DNA from: Octopus sinensis
Lineage: Eukaryota
DNA: 45,674 bases
Assembly (NCBI RefSeq): GCF_006345805.1
Contig: NW_021832683.1
Location: 1 to 45,674 of the forward strand
Direction of reading: 5' to 3'
Shown here: positions 37,030 to 45,674 of the stretch, piece by piece
How the letters are laid out: the number at the start of each line of letters is the position of its first letter
How positions within the stretch are numbered: the first letter of the stretch is position 1
The notes under the pieces: generated by a model
Databases searched by the model: none
Told to the model about the DNA's origin: nothing
The model's input: the letters and a program-made list of their open reading frames with translations, nothing else
Translations under genes and position numbers: made by a program

Positions 37030-38460
37030 TTCTTAATCCGGTACAAGGCCTGAACATTTAAGAGAATGGTTGAGTTGATTATTTCGACCCCAGTGCTCAA
37101 CTGGTACTTATTCTATTTACTTCGGCAATGTTTGAACTCAGAATGTAAAACCTGAAGAAATGCCGCTAAGCATTTAATCCGACGCGTTGACGTCTCTGGT
37201 GCTTGTCGCCATATAATCGTCATATAAGCATGTAATCCGACTCGGTAGCATCTCTGTAGCTTGCCGCCTGATATTTGCATAAACAATGATTTCAAATTTT
37301 GGCACTGGGTCAGTAATTTTAGGGCAGGGCCAAACGGTTTATATCGGTCTCTGTGCTCAGCTGGTACTTAATCTAATCGACCCCAGGGATCAACTGGTAC
37401 TTATTTCATCGATCCCAAAAGGAGGTTCAATGGCATTCGGTGGAATTAGAACGCAGACCGTAAAGCCGGGAGAAACGTCACTGAGCATTATGTCAGACGT
37501 ACTCACTGCCTTATTCTTACTGCCTTATATTCTCACTGCCTTATATTCTCACTGCCTTATATCCTCTCTGGCTTATATTCGCATAATCCTTTCCTATTTT
37601 GGCAAAAGACCAGCAATTTGGTGGCGGTGGGGTGGGTATGCAACTGCTACACATTTCATCGACCTCGACAGGATGAAAGGCAAATTCGACCTCGGTGAAA
37701 TTTGAACCCTGGACGAAAAGTGCCAGAAAAAGACAGTCAAGCTTTTCTCTGGCATGCTAACCATTCTGCCAGCTCACGGACATAAGTTCGTATCTTTTTT
37801 TTTTTTTTTTTACCTGAATCAGTCATTTGACTGTGGCCATGCTGGAGCACCGCCTTTAGTCGAACAAATCGACCCCAGGACTTATTCTTTGTAAGCCTAG
37901 TACATATTCTATCGGACTCTTTTTGCCGGACCGCTAAGTTACGGGGACGTAAACACACCAGCATCAGTTGTCAAGCGATGTTGGGGGGGACTAAGATAGA
38001 CACACAAACATACATACATACATACATACATACATACATACATACATACATACATACATACATACACACACATATATACGACGGGCTTCTTTCAGTTTCC
38101 GTCTACTAAATCCACTCACAAGGCTTTGGTCGGCCCGAGGCTTTAGTAGAAGACACTTCCCCAAGATGCCATGCAGTGGGACTGAACCGGGAACCATGTG
38201 GTTCATAAGTAAGCTACTTACCAGACAGCCACACCTACGCGCATAAATAATCCTTTCTACTAAGGGCAGAGGGCATGAAATTTAGTGGGAAGGGACTAGA
38301 CGATCCCAGTGTTTCACTGGTACATAATTTATCGACCCCGAAAGGATGAAAGGCAAAGTCGACCTCGGTGGAATTCGAACTCAGAACATGAAGACGGACG
38401 AGCATGTTCTGAGCATTTTGCCCGGCATGCTAACGATTCTGTCAGCTTGCCGCCTTAATT
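37030..38460 (-). mobile_element. Cluster of SINEs of two families
   Basis: 37030-37210, 37300-37780 and 38250-38460 second family; 37818-38240 CORE-type; 16 bp tandem repeat at 37501-37580. Confidence 0.75.
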
Positions 38461-38940
38461 CGCATAAATAATGAGGCGTAACATACTTATGTTGTATAAT
38501 GGCATACACACACACACACACACACACACGCAGACACACACACACATACACATACACACATACGCACACACACACACACACACATACATACATACACATA
38601 AATGTGTATTTATAAAGACGTGTTTTGTGCGTCTGTGTGTACATGTTAATGAATGTCTTCACGTGTTTATATTCGTGTGTGCGCATGCGTGTATGCATGT
38701 GCGTGTGGGGGTAAGTATACAACGCCCGTTTGAGTGTATGTTTCAGGATAATTAGTCACATGAAAGACATGAACGTCTAATTACAGTCCAAAATGCTTCT
38801 AATTAAACAAAAAATTTTAGACAGAGAATCCCCCAACCAGCCACTGCGCTTATCTGCTTTAAGTACGTATTTGAATTTGTAAATATACGTACAAACAAAT
38901 ATACACGTATGTATGTATATACTCGTCTACATACCTACAT

Positions 38941-39036
<96 letters not shown>

Positions 39037-39711
39037 TATACATGCATATATATGCATGTATAATACATATATATATGTATATATATATATATATTATACA
39101 TATATGCGTATATATATACGTATGTATAACTCTAGATATATAGACATGCGCACACACACTTAATGGTTATAAGTTATTATGAACACATACATATACAGAT
39201 GATTATCTATGGATATAAAGGTACATACGAACATACATGCATACATATGTTCGTATATCTAACTTTGTGCGTGTATATATGTGTGCGTGCGTGTGTGGAG
39301 GAGTGTGTGTATGTGTGTGCGTGTGTGAAGGAGTGTGTGTGTGCGTGTGTGAAACATGTATGCAATTATGTATGTCGGGTTTTTAGAAACGGGAGTAAAA
39401 GATACTCATTACCACCATGTAGTCTAGTAAATCTTTTGCAGATGATCCAATGGTCTTATGCTCTATATTTTTGTCTACGTTTAATCGGTTCTTTAGGCAT
39501 GAGAACCTAAATACCTTAGGAAAAAAATATTTCACAAGATGGCAAACATCTGCTTGCTTTTCCGATGATGGCAGCTCGGGCACTAACTGGTAATGTTATG
39601 TATCAATGTTACATTTCTCTGAAGATTTGACACTGAAATTGTTTTATTTAACTTACATCATAATACCAATAATCCTTTATTGTTATTGAACTTTTCAGCA
39701 CCCCATCGTAT

Positions 39712-39742
<31 letters not shown>

Positions 39743-39835
39743 CATAGATATATATGCATATACATATATATATGTATATATGTCTGTGTGTGTATATGTG
39801 TGTGTGTATGTATGTATGCATGTATGTATCCTTTA

Positions 39836-40022
39836 CTCATTTACTCTTTTACTTGTTCCAGTCATTTGACTGTGGCCATGCTAGAGCACCGCCTTTAGTC
39901 GAGCAAATCGATCCCAGGATTTTTCTTTGTAAGCCTAGTACCTATTCTGTCGGTCTCTTTTGCCGAACCGCTAAGTTACGGGGACGTAAACACGCCAGCA
40001 TCGGTTGTCAAGTAATGTTGAG
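39836..40022 (-). mobile_element. SINE 3' half
   Basis: Reverse complement of 10810-11005. Confidence 0.8.
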
Positions 40023-40139
40023 GACTAAGTTTGTTCGAGTGATTGCGGAACATTTACTTAGTGTTTTCTTGGGTGGATGGCTGGGCCTGCTTTTTTTCCG
40101 TGTCACAAAACCACAATGCCAGGTAAGGTTTCCATTTAG

Positions 40140-40400
40140 AGGAGCTGCGTTTTGCCAGCATGCCTTCATGCTTGCACGAAGTTGGTCTCAATGTTGGGAA
40201 CTCATCCAGGACAAAACACAGGGAGGAGGCAACTGAAAGCGTTTCAAAGATCAAGTGAAACGTGTGTCAGCACGCTTACGCAGTGAGAGAGAGAGAGAGA
40301 GTCACAACAGAGAGGTGGAGGACATTGCATCCCGGCTGCTGCAATGCCAGAGCAACTGCAGCGAATTAGAAATAGCAATGAAGAAAGGAGTCAGCATCAT
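40140..40400 (+). mobile_element. Decayed RTE-clade LINE C-terminal fragment
   Basis: ELRFAS...WELIQDKTQGGGN*KRFKDQVKR...AMKKGVS resembles RTE QLRWAGH / GEL..GKR..GG.KKRFKD.LK. Confidence 0.55.
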
Positions 40401-40542
40401 GCCCCACTTCTTACACCAAGTAAGCCAGATCTTCTTGCTTAAGGACCGGTTTACATAGCCACTTAAAAACTTGCCCCTCTTCCTCGTGATCTTGGATATG
40501 AAGAACTATCATGCTGTATGTATACATATACATACATCATGA

Positions 40543-40870
40543 CAGGCGCAGAAGTGGCTGTGTGGTAAGTAGCTTGTTTACCAACCACATTGTTCCGGCT
40601 TCAGTCCCACTGCGTGGCACCTTGGGCAAGTGTCTTCTACTATAGCCACGAGCCGACCAAAGCCTTGTGAGTGGATTTGGTAGACGGAAACTGAAAGAAG
40701 CCCATTGTATATATGTATATGTTTATACATGTGTGTGTTTGTGTCTCTGTATTTGTCCCCCCCCCCCAATAAGTACTAGGCTTATAATGAATAAGTCGAT
40801 TTGCTCGACTAAAGGTGGTGCTCCAGCATGGCCGCAGTCAAATGACTGAAACAAGTAAAAGAGTAAAAGA
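40543..40870 (+). mobile_element. CORE-type SINE with internal deletion
   Basis: Head and tail present; mid 3' segment missing relative to 10591-11005. Confidence 0.85.
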
Positions 40871-41489
40871 ATATATATATGTATATATACGTGTGTGGTG
40901 TGGTGTGTGTGTGTGTATTCCGTCTTGTCAAAGGGGTACCAATAACTATTTCTTAGAACACTTACATTTCAAACTATTAATAAGGTACTGCGTCAGACAG
41001 GTGTGAATTGCTTGATGTTCTCTGCCCCGAACTCTTATAGCTCTGAAGAATCTCTAAGACATTGTACTGGCACTCATCTCTAGGTACACAGTTTGTCTTT
41101 AAAGCAGAAACATTTGTAAGCTATTGAATGTGATTACGTAACTCTAGTTTTTTGCCATTAATCTATGTGTGTGTGTGTCCGTGCATGTGTGCGTGCGTGT
41201 ATGTGTATGTATGTATGTATGTATGTATAGACATATATCCAACTGATCTATACATATGTACGTATACACATATATAGGCGAACATACACATAAAAATATA
41301 CGATCAATCTCCCCACAGTTTCCATCTAGTCAATTCCGTTCACAAGGCACTGATAAAACCGAGGCTATAGAAGACATTTACCCAAGACTATGCGTAACGG
41401 GATCGAACTCAGGACAAAGTAGTTTGCAAGTGCACTTCTTATCCCTTACCCAACCATACTGGTGACTGCTTGTTTCTATGTACGAGTGT

Positions 41490-41536
<47 letters not shown>

Positions 41537-41989
41537 GTTGTGTGTGTGTATGTGTGTGTGATATTGAATTTGTGTTTTACAGAGGGTGGTGGTGAAAGTG
41601 ATCCTCTTGATATTGGTGGTGGTCGTGGCTGGGATAGACGGTGCCAATGACAATAAACATTGCAGAAAATATTTCCATTTTTAAATGTCACGGTCAGATG
41701 CTGCAATAACAACAACAACAAAAAATAAAAGCAGCAGCAGCAACAACATCAACAACAGCTACAACAACAACAGCAGCAGTTGCAACAACAACAACAACGG
41801 CATCAGAGGCAGTGACAAAAAAAAAAAACACTAGTTACAATAACAACAAAAACAACAGCAGCGTCACCAACAGCAGCTATAACAACAACAATAGCAACAA
41901 CAAAACAACAATGGCTGCAATAATATCAATAACAGTAATATCAGCATCAGTAGCAACAACAAATGATGATGATGATGATGATGATACTA

Positions 41990-42022
<33 letters not shown>

Positions 42023-42243
42023 TATAATATAATAATAATAATATAATGATAATAATAATGATAATCACTCAGCTGTAGAAATGAGTTGTGACGCCACTGG
42101 TGCCAAGCTGTTTATGGTCTTCCATAAACAACCTTACTCGGACTTCTGCCTCGGAGGGTAACTTTCTAGGTGCAATCCCATGGTCATTCATGACCGAAGT
42201 GGGTCACCCCAATAATGATAATAATAATATTATTATTATTATT

Positions 42244-42309
<66 letters not shown>

Positions 42310-42310
<1 letters not shown>

Positions 42311-42864
42311 CCCTGATGCAGTACCAGGCAGTGGCTCTCGTGGCTTCTGATCTTAACTGATTGGAAGTGTTACCATGTACATTGTTTTGTCTTGGTATAA
42401 AAGATGGGCTACAGCAAATATTCTCAGTACCACAGATTTGCTTGTCAGTTGTTTGACCTTAACCAGTTGAGCATGCCCCTTAGTGGCTGACGATATGTGC
42501 ATCTCTGATCACGAGCAGAAGTAGTTGGGGAGCATCATAGCCATGTGTTGAGACGGATTCTTTGGGGTTTGAATAACTCACCTCTGGAAACATGGGTGTT
42601 TCGTTCAACATCCTTAAACAACCCTTATTCAGGGACCTTTTGAGCGGGATGGGTTACTCGACAAGAAGAAAATTCTAACTGGGTCTTACCTGCAAGATCA
42701 TGCGCTGTTTATCTTGATGTGAGATCACCATGTCGCGCACATATGGTTGTGATGCATGTGCCTGGTGTACCCTTATCACACGGGTAATCATGATGGGTAT
42801 ACTGGGCTTCGTATATTTTACCCCAGTGTCACTTTGATGGCATGCACTGCTCTCTCACTCAATG

Positions 42865-42870
<6 letters not shown>
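42310..42870 (+). mobile_element. Non-coding interspersed repeat flanked by (AAT)n, probably a LINE 3' UTR
   Basis: Bounded on both sides by (AAT)n; second diverged copy at 12057-12212. Confidence 0.65.
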
Positions 42871-42899
<29 letters not shown>

Positions 42900-43515
42900 C
42901 AACAACAACAACAACAATAACCGCAGCTACAGCAGCATGTAAAAATCACTGATAAGATCTACAGCTGCATAAACAACAGCAACTGCAAAAGTAGCAGCGA
43001 AAACAACAGCAACAGCAATAATACAACAAACAAACAAAAAGCGAAACAGCAACAACAATATCAAGATATGAATATGATACAGTGATATATTTGTCTGAAA
43101 AGTCTGTATTGGCGAAACTTGACGTCAAACTCTAGTACTATATTACCACCTTTTAATCACTATTGTTTTCAGTTACTGGGAGTAGTAGCTCCTGTTAGGG
43201 TCCCAGCTATGAGTCAATTTGTATGTGAATCAATGGGAGTGACGGACCCTTAGTTCTCATTAGAATTTCCTACTAGGAGAAGGTGAACTTATATAAGAAC
43301 TTAACGCATAGTTGGTTTCTGGTCGTCTCGCCCTCTGTTGTGTCGCTGGTTTTATAAGCTGGTTGCGCTGAAAAATGGGTTCAGTGCTGTGCAAAACTTT
43401 ATCTACTCAAAAGAAATTCACTCATAGAAGCTTCTTTGGCTTTTGGAACGTTAGAACGGATTTACTGAGTTTATAAATTGGCCTTATTCGGTCATGAGTT
43501 CATTTCCACCATGTT

Positions 43516-44072
43516 TTGGGTTCTCCGGAAAGTTCGTGCCGATTTTTAAAGGAAAGAAAAAGGTCAATAAATACTTGCCATTACGTTTTTAATCAACAAA
43601 ATATGAACCATTTTGTTGCACAATGCGGCTCCATCTTTCCTTTAACTTGAAAATACTCTCTTCCCAGAATTGAGGTGCTTTCATGGCAAAGAATTCATCA
43701 AGGTATCTTTTTATGTCATCCAAGGAATTCTGCAGAATAGTATTCTGCAGAGACCTGAATAAGTGGAAATCCGAAGGAGCAATATCTGGGGAATAGGGAG
43801 GGTGGGGTAACACATCCCAGCCGAGCTGCAGCAATTTTTGTCTGGTTCCCAAAGCATCAAGTTCCGAAAATGAACTTTCTTGTCTTCCATTTTAAAGGGT
43901 TACAGAATTAACAGAGGTTATAGGAACATAAACCTCCTTCCACGAAAAGATAGCTTAAACAGTGCTCTAAATGAAGGTGTAGTCAAATCCTATTTTATGG
44001 ACTCAACCATTTTCTAAAATAAGTCGAATGGTAAGCTACTATAAATCGACGCGAACTTTCTGGACAACCTAA
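43516..44072 (-). mobile_element. Internally deleted mariner element
   Basis: 30 bp TIRs 43516-43545 and 44043-44072 followed by TA; N-terminus MEDKKVHFRNLMLWE fused out of frame to LGTRQKLLQLGWDVLPHPPYSPDIAPSDFHLFRSLQN...NGSYFVD*. Confidence 0.9.
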
Positions 44073-44098
44073 TATATATGTATTTTCACATACATACA

Positions 44099-44139
<41 letters not shown>

Positions 44140-44649
44140 CATACATACATACATACACGTATACGAGGTGGGGCTGAAAAGTTCAATTGGTCTCAACTAC
44201 ACAGGAATTTCTTGCACTCTCGAAATGTTTGCACAGAATTATTGAGTTTAGGAAGTGGTCCTACTGGATTTGCACCATACACGGTCTAGTGGTTCGGTAC
44301 TGCACTCATGACCGTCAAATCATGGGTCTAATTCTCAGATCGGGCGGCGCGTTGTGTTCTCGAGCGAAACACTTCATCTTACGTTGCACTAGTGCTATGT
44401 AGGGGGCTTGGAATGTCATAGAAATAAACCCAACGTTTTTATTCTGCGTGTCGTAAAAGGCTACTAAAAGAGCTTGAGGTAGGATTTGCAACTCCGACCC
44501 AGTGAAACCCTCATCAGCAACGAATGTCGAAACAGAGCCCTGGATCCGAGGAGTGGGGTGACTCCTGAGTGGCGCAGAGGCGTCATCAGCCACGAGTTGT
44601 ACGGAATCACCTACGAATGGTGAATGCAGCGATGCGATGTTACAGCGCA

Positions 44650-44669
44650 AGCTACTACTACTACTACTA

Positions 44670-44710
<41 letters not shown>

Positions 44711-44823
44711 TTACTACCACCGCCACCACCTCCACCACCACCACCATCACTACTACTACTACCTCCACTACTACTTCCACAACTACTACTTCCACAACTA
44801 CTACTTCCACAACTACTTCCACA

Positions 44824-44889
<66 letters not shown>

Positions 44890-44905
44890 ACTGCTATTAC
44901 GACTG
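44650..44905. repeat. (ACT)n/(ACC)n/(GCT)n compound trinucleotide repeat
   Basis: Direct inspection. Confidence 0.9.
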
Positions 44906-45674
44906 CTACAACTGTACACGTGCACTCACACACGCACACACACGCGCACTCACACTCACATAGATATATAATAGACATGAATCTAACACTAATACTGAGA
45001 CCATCAGTAAATGTTTGTTGTTATTCGTCCCTAATCAACTCAATATATACATATACATATTCACTTGCACTCGATAAACAAACACAGAAAAACATACATA
45101 CACACTCACACACACACACACACACGCATATATAGGACAACTGCTGCAATATTGTTTCAATAAACTGAACGATTGCCTATTTGCGGCGATGTGTACTTTC
45201 CATTTTGTGAAAAACGACGATAAATTTTTATGTCAACATAAAACTTTGTAAAAGCCTTTTGGATTTCTGTTTAAAACATCCGGGATTCCCAACTTTTGAC
45301 TTACTTTGTGTTATATAGTTGTTCACGTATCTGTTATTGTTGTTGTTGTTATCGTTGTGGTCGTCGTCGTTGTTGCTGTGTAGCATTGGCATGCGTGATC
45401 AATTCAGACCGGACTTTCTATTAACGTTGCTAAAATAGGACATTTGGGTGCACTTTCTAGTACATCGAGCAATAACATCGAGGTTTTATCGTCCGTGAAT
45501 TTACAGTAAACCAAAATAAATTTTGCATAATTGCAAATCCGTTCGATTCATTTACCCCAACACTGGTATCTTAATGCTGGCCATCTTTCGCTTTTTAATA
45601 TATTGTCTGTACAGAAAGACAGACGTCAGTTTAAAATTTAATAAATCTCTGAGCGAGGTATACACAGTAGCTGC

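Noticed and set aside
40255-40458. Exon-like ORF with a CAA/gtaagc donor
   Set aside because: Better explained as a decayed RTE LINE C-terminus continuous with 40140-40254
39690-44185. Matching mariner-type ends at ~39690-39712 and ~44162-44185 as one large element
   Set aside because: They face outward from each other, so they belong to separate remnants

Overview
AT-rich, microsatellite-saturated eukaryotic DNA, most likely from an octopus (inferred from the SINE families and simple-repeat load). It reads as intronic or intergenic: no intact protein-coding gene or functional RNA gene is supported, and almost all listed ORFs are translations of simple repeats or SINEs. The window holds many tRNA-derived SINEs, decayed Tc1/mariner, hAT, pogo and Helitron elements, 3' fragments of RTE and CR1-like LINEs, and two tRNA pseudogenes. 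The main hidden signal is a set of small non-coding elements embedded in (AT)n tracts. Five unrelated families carry type I hammerhead ribozyme folds with intact cores (CUGANGA...GAAA...UH, self-complementary helix III), seven motifs in total counting inverted copies, and four more motifs are degenerate. These elements occur as ~480-600 bp direct repeats, tandem-plus-inversion structures and fold-backs, as expected for Penelope-like pseudo-LTRs or retrozyme-like non-autonomous retroelements. All alignments and folds were done by eye; family names are recalled rather than searched, and repeat boundaries are approximate.
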